Shown piece by piece: positions 39,951 to 50,232 of a DNA stretch of 50,232 bases (position 1 is the stretch's first letter; each line of letters begins with the position of its first letter). The translations under genes were made by a program, and so were the position numbers. The notes below the pieces were generated by a model, which made no database searches, was not told the origin of the DNA, and was given only the letters and a program-made list of their open reading frames with translations. This stretch comes from an uncultured Acidimicrobiales bacterium (GTDB lineage Bacteria > Actinomycetota > Acidimicrobiia > Acidimicrobiales > UBA10347): positions 1 to 50,232 of the forward strand of contig CALSSD010000031.1 of assembly GCA_943788915.1 (NCBI GenBank), in the 5' to 3' direction.

Positions 39951-41483
39951 TTAGTCGAGTTCGATCTCGGCGTATTGGTCACGCAGCACACGCTTGAGGA
40001 TCTTGCCGCTCGGGTTACGAGGAATCACATCGACAAACTCGACGACCTTGATGGCCTTGTACGGAGCAAGTTTGGCGTTACAGAAGGCCATGACGTCTTC
40101 TGGTGATACATCGTCGGACTTGACGATGACAGCGAGTGGCGACTCGCCCCACTTCTTCGACGGCACACCAATTACACCTGCGTCGGAGATGCTCTTGTGG
40201 CTCAGCAGAACGTTTTCAATTTCAGCTGGGTAGATGTTTTCGCCACCTGAGATCAGCATGTCCTTGATCCGGTCGACGATGGTCAAGAAGCCGTCTTCGT
40301 CGAGCACACCAGCATCGCCGGTATGGAGCCAGCCATCGACGATCGACTCGGCGGTGGCTTCAGGGCGATTCCAATATCCGACCATGATGTTCGGTCCGGC
40401 CAGCAGGACTTCGCCTGACTCGCCCGGGTCGCAGTCGGTGCCGTCTTCGCGGATGACTCGTACCTGTCCGTGGAAGAACGCCCGACCGGTTGAGCCGATG
40501 CGGGTCTTGGCCTCGTCGCCAATGATCACACAACCCGGCCCGGCGGTTTCGGTCAGTCCATAGACCTGGTGGATCTCCACGCCGAGGTCGGCATACGCCT
40601 CGATAAGGCTCACAGGTACTGGTGCTGCGCCGCTGAGCACCCAGCGCAGTGCGCTCAGATCATGGGCCTCGGCGTTGTAGGTCATCTGCATGAACTGCAA
40701 CATGGCCGGCACCATGAGGGTGGAGTTGATCTTTTCCTCGGTGATCAGGCGCCATGACTCCGCGGGATCGAAGCTGCGCATCAGAACCGTCGTGCCGCCC
40801 GCGTACACGTTTGCCAGGACTGGATTCAGTGCACCCACGTGGAACAGCGGTAGCGAGTTCAGAAAGCGATCTTCGAGTCGGAAATCCAGGCTTGCTGTGC
40901 CGGTGAGGATCGACCACATGACCGTGTCGTGGCTGTGGATGACACCCTTGGGCAGGCCGGTGGTACCCGAGGTGTACATGATGAACACGTAATCGTCGCC
41001 GCTTGCCGTGGACTCGATCTCGGTATCGGCGGCGGCGCTGACCCACTCGTTGTATTCGAGGACACCGTCGGCCGGGGTGCCCCCGACCTGGATCCAGGTG
41101 GTGATGTCGGTCTTGTCGCCTCGGGAGGCGAGCTCGGCGCATACCGGGGCGAACTCCTCGCTGAAGATCAGAACACTTGTGCCGGAGTCTTTCAGGATGA
41201 ACTCGAGTTCATCGGCGACGAGTCGCATGTTGAGCGGCACATTGACGGCACCGATCTTGGCGGCAGCGAAGAAGGTCTCGACGAACTCCACCCCGTTCAT
41301 AAGCAGCAGCCCGACACGATCTCCAGCGGAGACGCCACTGCCGAGTAGGGCATTGGCGGTCCTATTGCTGCGAACGTTGAGCTCCTCGAACGAAAAACGT
41401 CGGTCGCCCGCAACGTCGAAAATCGCCTCGGTGGTTGGCTCGCGGTACGCCCGCTTTGTCAGGAATTGGCCGATGTTCATCAC
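39951..41483 (-). CDS. Long-chain fatty acyl-CoA ligase (FadD family)
   Basis: YTSGTTGLPKG, YGLTE, LHTGD, PRNPSGKILK. Confidence 0.94.
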   Translation of the reverse strand: MMNIGQFLTKRAYREPTTEAIFDVAGDRRFSFEELNVRSNRTANALLGSGVSAGDRVGLLLMNGVEFVETFFAAAKIGAVNVPLNMRLVADELEFILKDSGTSVLIFSEEFAPVCAELASRGDKTDITTWIQVGGTPADGVLEYNEWVSAAADTEIESTASGDDYVFIMYTSGTTGLPKGVIHSHDTVMWSILTGTASLDFRLEDRFLNSLPLFHVGALNPVLANVYAGGTTVLMRSFDPAESWRLITEEKINSTLMVPAMLQFMQMTYNAEAHDLSALRWVLSGAAPVPVSLIEAYADLGVEIHQVYGLTETAGPGCVIIGDEAKTRIGSTGRAFFHGQVRVIREDGTDCDPGESGEVLLAGPNIMVGYWNRPEATAESIVDGWLHTGDAGVLDEDGFLTIVDRIKDMLISGGENIYPAEIENVLLSHKSISDAGVIGVPSKKWGESPLAVIVKSDDVSPEDVMAFCNAKLAPYKAIKVVEFVDVIPRNPSGKILKRVLRDQYAEIELD

Positions 41484-41639
41484 GAGTCGTGATCCCCACT
41501 TTGTTGTCGTTAATGGGCAAAGGATAGTGGCGATTATTGGCTAATTCTTGTCGATCGGCCGGAGTTCCCGTTCGTAGTTAGCGTTCGTTTGATGGCTTCT
41601 CAACAAGTCTTAACCGTGTTCTTACTTGCCCAATGCATC

Positions 41640-42849
41640 ATGAGCAGCATGACGCAACCAGGTTCTTGGGTTCTTTCCGCTGTGCCGTCGCCTGACCGGG
41701 TGATTCGGTGGCCCGCAGTGTTCGCTCTTGTCGTCATGGGGTTTCTCACTGGATGCAGCGCATCGAGCGGCCCGGATCAGGCTGTCGCCGGGGTGCCCGA
41801 GGAACAACAGGAGCCTGCAGAGACGGCGGACGGCGAAGCTGTGTCGCCCGCGGTCGATGCAGCTGACACGGAACCACAATCACTGGCCGACTACCTCGGT
41901 CGGGCAGCAGGAGGCGCCGGTCCTGGTGGAGCGGGTCCTGGCGGCGGTGCAGGTTTTGTGTTCGATTCGGATCAGGTCACCCAGGAGCAGCAGCTCATTC
42001 AGCAGGCGATTCAGCGGTGTATGCAAGCCCAGGGTTTTACCTATGTCCCGGAAGAGGTCGGTGATGGGCTCCGCACGTTCCTCGCCACGCAGAACCAGGG
42101 CGTGTCACCCGCTGATTACGCAGCGACAGCCGGTTTTGGCATCAGCACCGCATTTGACGCCATCTTGGAAGGTGACTTCGACTTCGACGAGTCATCGGAC
42201 CCCAACGAAGAACATCTGGCGACCTTGAGCGCAGGTGAAGCAGATGCATGGGAGCTCGCTTTGCAGGGTGAAGCCCCGCAACGAAACGGTCAGGGCCAGC
42301 TCATCGACCCCGAGACCGGCGAGCTTGTTCAGGGAAACCGCCCCGGGCAAGCATCGGGTGGTTGCCGCCTGGCCGCTCAGACAGAGGTCCGGGGTGAACC
42401 GGTCGACCTTTCGGCGCTCGAAGACAATCTTGTGGCCTTAGAAGAACGCATCGAAGCGGATCCACGCGTGACCGAGATCCGGCGTGACTGGGTCGATTGC
42501 ATGAGCGTCTGAAGGCTTCGATTACACCGACGAGACCGAAGCCAGGGCAGACATCAACAGCCAGGTCCGACCTCTGCTCCGTTCGTTCTTCACCTCTGCG
42601 GGTGGTGGCAATAACCCACCTGGCCCAGGCCAAGGTGGCGGAAACATCGCCCAGGCGATCTCGAGTATGGAACTGACCGCGGACCAAGAAGCCGAGCTTG
42701 AAAAACTCCAGGATCTGGAGCGGTCGGTAGCGACGGCATCGTTTGTCTGCCAGGGCGATACGGGCGCCGAAATTGAGGCGATCACGTTGCGCTACGAGGA
42801 AGAATTTATCGATGCAAACCGAGCTGCGCTGGAAGCCCTGGGCTCGTAG
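41640..42849 (+). CDS. Hypothetical lipoprotein; apparent frameshift near 42508
   Basis: FLTGC lipobox; CMQAQGFTY and WVDCM-EGFDY repeats; continues into ORF ending 42849. Confidence 0.65.
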
Positions 42850-42866
42850 CCAGCGATGTGACGCCG

Positions 42867-43520
42867 TTAACGCAGCAGGTTGGCGGCAAAGAACTCCAGC
42901 GTCTGACGCCACGCGATTGCCTCGGCGGCCGCGTCGAAGTTCGGATGGCCAGATTCGGCAAATCCACTCGCAACACCGTCGTGCCGTTCCACCCGGAACT
43001 CACGCCTCGCCAGCTGCAGATTGAGGCCCATCAATGCGCTGTCTTCGTCGGTGACATCGGTGTCGTGCTCCGCGAAATGCAGTAGATAGGACGCCTTCGC
43101 GTCATCAAACGAAATCGACTGCGTGCCGCAGAAAGTGGCTACCGCAGCGCACTGATCTGCGTATCGAACCGACAGCCACAATGCCCACGATGCGCCGGCC
43201 GCATAACCAAGCACTCCCACGGGTGCCTGGGGGTCAGGACAGGCGACCTGAAGCAACCGCAGCGAGGATTGCGCCAGCGACGCGGAAACGTTCATGTCGG
43301 CTTCGAGTAGCAACGCATGAGCATGTTCGGCGTCGGTTGCAACCACTCCGTCGTTCATATCTGGCGCAAGAACGGTGAATCCCGCATCCGCAAGTTCGTC
43401 GGCCTTGTCCTTGACACCGGGGGAGAGGCCCCACGGCGAAGCCAACAACAAGATGCCGGGGCCAGGCCCGTCGGGTGGGCGAACGAGATAACCCGTTCCG
43501 GGCGTGGGTAGGGACGTCAC
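42867..43520 (-). CDS. Dienelactone hydrolase family protein, probably catalytically inactive
   Basis: GYLVRP, GFTVLAPD, AWRQTLEFF; GYAAG replaces GxCxG. Confidence 0.8.
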   Translation of the reverse strand: MTSLPTPGTGYLVRPPDGPGPGILLLASPWGLSPGVKDKADELADAGFTVLAPDMNDGVVATDAEHAHALLLEADMNVSASLAQSSLRLLQVACPDPQAPVGVLGYAAGASWALWLSVRYADQCAAVATFCGTQSISFDDAKASYLLHFAEHDTDVTDEDSALMGLNLQLARREFRVERHDGVASGFAESGHPNFDAAAEAIAWRQTLEFFAANLLR

Positions 43521-43585
43521 GCCCGGAACGGTATCTACGAGAAATAGGGACCGGCAAGGCCAGCCAGCAGCAATAGAGTCAGGGG

Positions 43586-45286
43586 GTGTCAGAAAAGCCG
43601 GAAGAGACCGAGCATCCGTCCGATTTCATTCGGGAGCTCATTCGCAGCGATAACGAACAGGGGACCTACGGCAACCGGGTACAGACGCGTTTTCCGCCCG
43701 AACCGAATGGGTATCTCCATATTGGTCACGCCAAGTCGATCTGTCTGAACTTCGGCGTCGCCGGTGATTTCGGCGGCACGTGCAATCTGCGGTTCGACGA
43801 CACCAACCCCGAAAAGGAAAGTGCTGATTTCGTCATTGCGATCGAACGCGACCTGCAGTGGTTGGGTTTCGAAAGTGACCGGGGAACTCTGTATGCGAGT
43901 GATTACTTCGAACAGCTCTACACCTGGGCCGAAGATCTGATCACCAAAGGGCTCGCCTACGTCGACGATCAAGACGCCGAGGCGATCTCCGACACCCGTG
44001 GCGACTTCACCACGCCGGGCACAAATAGCCCGTTTCGTGATCGCTCCGTCGACGAGAACCTTGACCTGTTTCGACGTATGCGAGCCGGCGAGTTCGGCGA
44101 TGGCGAGCGAGTGCTGCGAGCCAAGATCGACATGACCCACGCCAACATGTCCATGCGCGACCCATTGATGTACCGCATCCGCCACGTGACCCATCATCGC
44201 ACCGGCGACGACTGGTGCATCTACCCGAACTATGACTGGGCCCACGGCCAGAGCGATGCCATCGAGGGTGTCACTCATTCGTTCTGCACGCTTGAATTCG
44301 AGAACAACCGCGAGTTGTACGACTGGTTTCTCGACCAGCTTGCATTGCCACACGATCGACCCCGCCAGACCGAGTTTGGTCGGCTGGGTCTCACCCACAT
44401 CATCACGTCCAAGCGCAAACTCGCGGCACTGGTTGCATCGGGCAAGGTCGAAGGTTGGGACGACGCTCAGATGTCCACGCTGAGCGGACTTCGACGTCGG
44501 GGTTACCCGGCCAAGGCCATCCGAGAGTTTTGTGATCACATCAGTGTTGGCCGAGTGAATGGTACGACCGAAGTCGAATTGCTCGAATCGTTTGTTCGGA
44601 CCGAGCTCAACAAGGTCGCGCTGCGACGTATGGCAGTGCTCGACCCTCTCAAGCTGGTGATTACCAACTGGCCAACCGATGCCAACGGCAACCCAGTGAT
44701 CGAGATGCGAGAGGTCATCAATAACCCTGAAGACGACACCGCTGGTACTCGGCAGGTGCCCTTCAGCGGCGAGTTGTGGATCGAGCGCGATGACTTCATG
44801 ATCGATCCGCCAAAGAAGTTCTTCCGGCTTGCTCCAGGTCGCGAGGTCCGGTTGCGTTCGGGTTACTTCGTGACGTGCACTGATGCGTTGACCGATGCCG
44901 ACGGCACGGTGACCGAAGTGCATGTCACCTATGACCCGGAGACTGCGGGTGGCTCTGCCCCCGATGGTCGCAAGGTCAAGGCCACGATGCACTGGGTCGC
45001 TGCAGCGACAGCCGTTCAAGCCGAGGTTCGGTTGTATGACAGACTCTTTGTATCGCCTCAGCCTTCAGCCGGCGGCGCTGACCCACTCGACGACCTCAAC
45101 CCAGACTCGATGCAGGTCGTTGCAGCTGCGCAGCTCGAACCTGAACTTGCCGAGACCCCGCTCGGTGAAGTGGTGCAATTCGAGCGCATCGGATACTTCG
45201 CCCACGACCTAGACCGGCCGATGATCTTTCATCGCACAGTCGGGTTGCGCGACGAATGGGCTCGGATCCAGAAACGAAACGGCTGA
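43586..45286 (+). CDS. glnS: Glutamine--tRNA ligase
   Basis: TRFPPEPNGYLHIGHAK, CTLEFE, TSKRKL, RLYDRLF, QFERIGYF. Confidence 0.95.
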   Translation: MSEKPEETEHPSDFIRELIRSDNEQGTYGNRVQTRFPPEPNGYLHIGHAKSICLNFGVAGDFGGTCNLRFDDTNPEKESADFVIAIERDLQWLGFESDRGTLYASDYFEQLYTWAEDLITKGLAYVDDQDAEAISDTRGDFTTPGTNSPFRDRSVDENLDLFRRMRAGEFGDGERVLRAKIDMTHANMSMRDPLMYRIRHVTHHRTGDDWCIYPNYDWAHGQSDAIEGVTHSFCTLEFENNRELYDWFLDQLALPHDRPRQTEFGRLGLTHIITSKRKLAALVASGKVEGWDDAQMSTLSGLRRRGYPAKAIREFCDHISVGRVNGTTEVELLESFVRTELNKVALRRMAVLDPLKLVITNWPTDANGNPVIEMREVINNPEDDTAGTRQVPFSGELWIERDDFMIDPPKKFFRLAPGREVRLRSGYFVTCTDALTDADGTVTEVHVTYDPETAGGSAPDGRKVKATMHWVAAATAVQAEVRLYDRLFVSPQPSAGGADPLDDLNPDSMQVVAAAQLEPELAETPLGEVVQFERIGYFAHDLDRPMIFHRTVGLRDEWARIQKRNG

Positions 45287-45291
45287 CGCGA

Positions 45292-46068
45292 ATGGCTATC
45301 GCAGCCCATCCGCGAAATCTGGTCGCGCCGAGTCCAATCTTCTATGGGATCGTGTTGCTCACCGTCATTTTCGGAACTGCGCTCGCTCGCGGGTATCGCT
45401 ACAACGGTGTCACGATGTTCCTGTTCGTGGTCGCTGGCTGGGTGCTTTCGTTGGCCCTGCACGAGTTCGGCCATGCGATTGTCGCGTACATCGGAGGCGA
45501 CCGATCAGTGGTCGACAAGGGGTATCTCACGTTGGACGTGCGCAAGTACGTCGACGTCGGAACGTCGCTGCTGTTCCCGATCTTTATACTGATCATCGGT
45601 GGAATTGGTTTACCTGGCGGCGCAGTGTGGATCAACACCGCAGCAATCCGGTCGCCCGTCATGCGGAGCCTCATGAGCGCGGCAGGGCCTGCCGCATCCG
45701 GCGTCTGTGCCTTGATCTGTCTGGTCCCGGTCCGGATCGGCCTCATCGAGGCGCCATGGCTGGTCATTGGTTTGTCGTTTCTCGGTTGGATCCAGATCAT
45801 TGCGATGATCTTCAATCTGTTGCCCATCCCTGGCCTCGACGGATTCGGCGTCATCGAACCACATCTTTCTGAACAGACGCTTCGGTCGATTCAGCCGTTT
45901 CGTCAGTACGGCATCATGATCGTGTTCATTGCGATCTTCTTCCTCGACCCAGTCCGCGATGCATTTTTTGGCTTCACCGATTCGGTGACCGAACTTGTCG
46001 GTGGCTCCGAGGTCTTCGAAGCAAGAGCACGGGGCTGGTTCGAATTCCGCTTCTGGGAAAACCGCTGA
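45292..46068 (+). CDS. Site-2 protease (M50) family
   Basis: HEFGH, AAGP, NLLPIPGLDG. Confidence 0.92.
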   Translation: MAIAAHPRNLVAPSPIFYGIVLLTVIFGTALARGYRYNGVTMFLFVVAGWVLSLALHEFGHAIVAYIGGDRSVVDKGYLTLDVRKYVDVGTSLLFPIFILIIGGIGLPGGAVWINTAAIRSPVMRSLMSAAGPAASGVCALICLVPVRIGLIEAPWLVIGLSFLGWIQIIAMIFNLLPIPGLDGFGVIEPHLSEQTLRSIQPFRQYGIMIVFIAIFFLDPVRDAFFGFTDSVTELVGGSEVFEARARGWFEFRFWENR

Positions 46069-46075
46069 TCGAGCC

Positions 46076-46480
46076 ATGAGCGAGCAGGTACGTGTCGATA
46101 AGTGGCTGTGGGCCGTGCGTCTGTACAAGACGCGCGCTTCCGCCAACGACGCCTGTTCAAGTGGTCGGGTGCGCATTAACGGCACACCGGCGAAACCTGC
46201 GCAGCGAATTAAGGTAGGCGATGTGCTCGTCTCTCGGCGCAGCGGATTCTCACGTACCTACCGGGTCGTAAAAGTCATCGAGAAGCGGGTTGGCGCTCCG
46301 GTGGCGGTCGAGTGTTACATCGATGAAACGCCCGAAGAAGATAAGCCAAAGCCGCGGTCGATGGACCAACGGATCGATGCTGCCTGGGCCGAACGATCGA
46401 GCGGTGCTGGACGACCAACCAAACGCGACCGTCGCCAGATGGAAAAGTTCCTGAACTCGGACAAAAAGCGGCGCCGCTGA
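46076..46480 (+). CDS. hslR: S4-domain RNA-binding protein (Hsp15)
   Basis: RVDKWLWAVRLYKTR, GRPTKRDRR. Confidence 0.9.
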   Translation: MSEQVRVDKWLWAVRLYKTRASANDACSSGRVRINGTPAKPAQRIKVGDVLVSRRSGFSRTYRVVKVIEKRVGAPVAVECYIDETPEEDKPKPRSMDQRIDAAWAERSSGAGRPTKRDRRQMEKFLNSDKKRRR

Positions 46481-46496
46481 CCATCGGGTCTTGGGA

Positions 46497-47828
46497 CTAG
46501 CAGCCGACCGTCGTGGTCGGATTTTCTGGGTTGCACAAGATCTGTTCGTAGAGCGGTTGGGTGTCGGTTGGCGACTCGAGATACCCAATCGGCCGGTCGT
46601 TGACATGGAGTTCCCAGTGCAGGTGGACTGAAGCGTCGTTGTTTTCGATGCCAGCAGAGGCGGCTGAGGTCCCCGAGTTGCCGACGAATCCGAGTGGTGT
46701 ACCACCGTCGACGAGGACACCCGGCAGAATTTGCGAGTCGACTTCGGAGAGGTGGGCGTAGACAGTTACCGCTCGTTCGCCACCGCTGAGTGCATGGTCG
46801 ATAACCACGAAGTTGCCGTACAAGTTCGCAAGCGTCCAGAACGGGGTGTCGAACGCCGGGACTGTTTGGGCGAGCACAGCCTCGCGATCCTCGGGGCTCG
46901 CGTTGACATAGTCGTTCACCACAAAGATCACTTGGCCAGCGGCTGCGGACTGGATGACATGGTCGGTGGAGCCGCAGTTGAAGTCGAGGCCGTTGTGGAT
47001 GCCCGAACGGTATTCGCGTGGGGCTCCGACCACAAGGTTGACATTCCCAAACGGGATCGTGCATGTGGTGACAGGTAGCGAAATCGAGTCTTCGACAAGC
47101 GCTGCCAACCGAGGACTTTCGCTTGCTGGAGGAGGGGACTGGCGTATCGGGTCGCTGCCGAAGCGAGTGTCATCGGTGATGAGCTCGAAACTCAGGACCC
47201 CATTGACTAGTTCGTCGTTAATCATGCGAGCACCCAGGGATCCAAGCATGGTTTCGGTGTCAACGAATTGCCCGACAGCGAGATCGGGATCAATAGTTTC
47301 GAGCCCGGCATAGATCGAAGTCACGTTGCTGACACCGTCGCGCGGTCCATGGTCGATCACCACAAACGGGCCATAGGCCCCGGCTCGGAGCCAAGGTCCA
47401 TCGTTGCCGTTCGCGATCAAATCAGCCTTGAAACTGTTTAAGGGAGCCTGGGTAACTCGCATAACCACGCGTCCAGGAGCGATAGGCGTGGCGGTCTGGC
47501 CGGCTTCTGTGCACACGAAGGTGAGCGATGGCGTCAGCGCGAGAAAATTGTTCGTCTCTAGGATCCGTTCATCGACGAAAGGGCAATCGACGGGCGCAGA
47601 GGTTCCCTGCGCTCCGCGCACGATGGAGGCAATGTCGTCCCAGGTGCCTCGAGGTCGCTCTAGTACTGGGATCGCAGTGGGTTCCGCGTTGGGGTCGATT
47701 GGAGGGCTGTCGTCGGCACTGGAGCTGTTCCCGTCGTCACGCGCAGCCAAGACAATCAACGTCATGATCACGACCAAGGTGACGAGCGCGAGGGCGGCGA
47801 TCTTTTGCGTACGAGGAAACTCAGACAT
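46497..47828 (-). CDS. Membrane-anchored M23 peptidase with tandem M23 domains
   Basis: HNGLD, YAHL, HLHWE in second domain; N-terminal TM. Confidence 0.88.
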   Translation of the reverse strand: MSEFPRTQKIAALALVTLVVIMTLIVLAARDDGNSSSADDSPPIDPNAEPTAIPVLERPRGTWDDIASIVRGAQGTSAPVDCPFVDERILETNNFLALTPSLTFVCTEAGQTATPIAPGRVVMRVTQAPLNSFKADLIANGNDGPWLRAGAYGPFVVIDHGPRDGVSNVTSIYAGLETIDPDLAVGQFVDTETMLGSLGARMINDELVNGVLSFELITDDTRFGSDPIRQSPPPASESPRLAALVEDSISLPVTTCTIPFGNVNLVVGAPREYRSGIHNGLDFNCGSTDHVIQSAAAGQVIFVVNDYVNASPEDREAVLAQTVPAFDTPFWTLANLYGNFVVIDHALSGGERAVTVYAHLSEVDSQILPGVLVDGGTPLGFVGNSGTSAASAGIENNDASVHLHWELHVNDRPIGYLESPTDTQPLYEQILCNPENPTTTVGC

Positions 47829-48009
47829 GGTGTGTGGTGGAGGCGACGAAGCAATACAAAATGCCCATACGCAGACCTCAACGGTAACGCCGATCCGTGA
47901 CCGTGCCTCTGTCGGCGTTGTCCGTACTCCGCTGATCTGCGGCGGCTGGCCGAATGGATAGTTTCTGGAAACTCAGACCGCTGCTGAGATGGTGGTGAAA
48001 ACGAATAAC

Positions 48010-48048
48010 GGCCCGGGTCTTGTGTCAGCTTGACGCAAAACCCGGGCC
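48010..48048 (-). terminator. Probable terminator of the aconitase gene
   Basis: GGCCCGGGT...ACCCGGGCC extended hairpin after the stop. Confidence 0.6.
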
Positions 48049-48064
48049 ACTAAGTCGATTGGCG

Positions 48065-50232
48065 TTATCCGGCTACTTGAGCACGGATCATATTGAGTGC
48101 AGAACCAGCATGGAACCATGCAATTTGGTCGTCATTCAACGTGTGCAACGCCTGGAACTCAACGCTTTCGCCATCGCTTTTGTGGAGTACACACTCGACT
48201 GGTTTGCCAGCCGAAAGTTCTGACAATCCGGTAATCGAGATGGTGTCACTTTCACCGATCGCACCCCAGAAGTCAGGGTCAGCGAAGGTCATTGCGAGTA
48301 CACCCTGCTTCTTCAGGTTGGTCTCGTGGATACGAGCGAACGACTTGGCGAACACCGCGTGGCAACCACGGAAACGAGGCTCCATCGCTGCGTGTTCGCG
48401 GCTGGAACCCTCGCCGACGTTTTCTTCGCCGATGAAGACCCAATTGATGCCCTTCTGGTGAAGGCTCTTGGCGATCTCGGGGTAACTCTTGGTCTGCCCG
48501 TCGGAAGGATCGAGTGCAAGTTCGGTCTCGCCGGTGTAGGCGTTTACGACACCGAGGTACAGATTGCCAGAGATGTTCTCGAGATGGCCGCGGTACTTGA
48601 GCCAGGCTCCAGCCATCGAAATGTGGTCGGTGGTGACCTTGCCCATGCCCTTGCCAAGAATTGGTAGTTCGAGGTAATCGTTGCCGTCCCATGCGGGAAA
48701 CGGCGTGAGCAGCTGAATGCGATCAGACGCCGGGTTGACCGTGACCTCGACGCTGCTGCCGTCTTCAGGTGGTGCAATGAACATGGAGTCACCGCTCTCG
48801 AAACCGCCAGGTGGCAGCTCGATTGCTTCGCCAACGATCAGGCTGACTTGTTCGCCGGCCTCGTTGGTCAGGGTGTCGGTCTGAGGGTCAAAGTCAACTC
48901 GGCCAGAAAGGGCCAAAGCAACCACGGTCTCGGGCGACGTCACGAAGGCCAACGTGGCGGCATCGCCGTCGTTGCGCTTGGGGAAGTTGCGGTTGTAGCT
49001 GGTGATGATCAGGTTGGTGGTGCCTTCGATGCCATCTCGGTCATCTCGCTTCCACTGGCCGATGCACGGCCCGCAGGCATTGGCAAGCACGACGCCGCCG
49101 ATTGCTTCGAGTGGCTCGAGCATGCCGTCGCGCTGGATGGTGCGCATGGTGGCTTCAGAGCCAGGGGTGATCATGAACGGTACTTTGGCCTTCAGGCCCT
49201 TAGCTGCAGCATCGCGTGCGATTGATGCTGCGCGGCTGATGTCCTCGTAGCTCGAGTTGGTACACGAGCCGACAAGTGCCGCGCTGATTTCCATTGGCCA
49301 GCCCTTCTCGGCTGCCTCGGCACCCAGTGCAGACAGAGGTCGTGCCAGGTCTGGGGTGTGTGGACCGTTGATTAGTGGCTCAAGCGTGGACAGGTCGATC
49401 TCGATGACCTGGTCGAAGTAGTCGCCCGGGTTGGCAAGGACGTCGTCGTCGGCCCGGAGGTGATGGGCGACGGCCCGAGCTGCATCGTCGATGGCTTCGC
49501 GGCCGGTTGACTTGAGGTAACGGCTGGTTGCATCGTCGTAGGGGAACAGCGACGTGGTTGCACCGATCTCGGCACCCATATTGCAGATGGTTGCCTTGCC
49601 GGTTGCCGACAGGCTTTCGGCGCCGGGGCCGAAGTATTCAACGATTGCGCCCGTGCCGCCCTTGACGGTCAGGATCTCGGCCACCTTCAAGATGACGTCC
49701 TTGGGTGCGGCCCAACCACCGAGTTCGCCGGTGAGCTTGACGCCGATGGCCTTTGGCCAGCGCACGTTCCAGGCAAAGCCGGTCATGACATCGACGGCGT
49801 CGGCGCCGCCTACACCTACAGCGATCATGCCAGCGCCGCCCGCATTCGGCGTGTGGCTATCGGTGCCGAGCATCATGCCGCCGGGGAAGGCGTAGTTCTC
49901 GAGCACGACCTGATGGATGATTCCGGAACCTGGTGCCCAGAAGCCGGCGCCGTACTTGGCACAGACCTTTTCGAGGAAGTCGTAGACCTCACTGTTGGTG
50001 TCGGCCGCGACCATGAGGTCGGTCTTGCCGTCGACGCGAGCCTGGATCAGGTGATCGCAGTGGGCCGTTGAGTCGGCACGGCACTGTGCGGGCGAGGCCT
50101 GCGGTCATGAACTGCAGCCAGTGCCATCTGCGCGGTGGCGTCCTGCATCGCCACCCGGTCGGGGCGAAGGTCGACGTACGAAACGCCCCGCTCGAGGCCA
50201 GGTCAGGAGAGTCGAGGTGATTGACCAGAATC
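48065..50232 (-). CDS. Aconitate hydratase (mitochondrial/Bacteroidota-like type); 5' end beyond window with frameshifts in 50070-50200
   Basis: [55 protein letters not shown] readable near 50160-50120. Confidence 0.93.

Noticed and set aside
43589..45019. 476-aa antisense ORF (likewise 28784-29671, 30287-30982, 27321-28220)
   Set aside because: Shadow ORFs opposite conserved genes, expected from high-GC codon bias

Overview
High-GC actinobacterial DNA, most consistent with Acidimicrobiia (inference from gene content and synteny). At least 8 apparent frameshifts occur in otherwise intact genes, most likely long-read indel errors. LEFT ~11.7 kb: a genomic island integrated at the 3' end of tRNA-Ala(GGC) (11672-11744, minus strand); its far boundary is not visible. 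It has a compact core of a Zn-finger protein, xis, a small ORF, a DUF3631 NTPase, iteron-like repeats, an unannotated 48-aa ribbon-helix-helix gene coupled to a tyrosine integrase, and arm-type repeats. Its cargo is glycosyltransferases, a PhyH dioxygenase and a mosaic of gene fragments around a PD-(D/E)XK nuclease and an M48/YgjP gene (type I RM remnants). RIGHT ~38.5 kb: core chromosome (MMPL/TetR, SNF2, F420-LLM, PAC2, APH, CnoX, comEA/comEC, holA, rpsT, lepA, hrcA-dnaJ-rsmE, bldD-like, gltA, carboxyltransferase, LysR, FadD, glnS, M50, Hsp15, M23, aconitase). The most interesting unannotated signals are: (1) a 6C-like sRNA divergent from a LysR gene, whose promoter shares a 14-nt motif with the promoter of a BldD homologue carrying an intact c-di-GMP signature, plus a candidate mRNA target in the window; (2) a ~140-nt rod-like RNA followed by a 68-bp tandem repeat between rpsT and lepA; (3) the minimalist integrative element. 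All family assignments come from motif recognition, not database searches.
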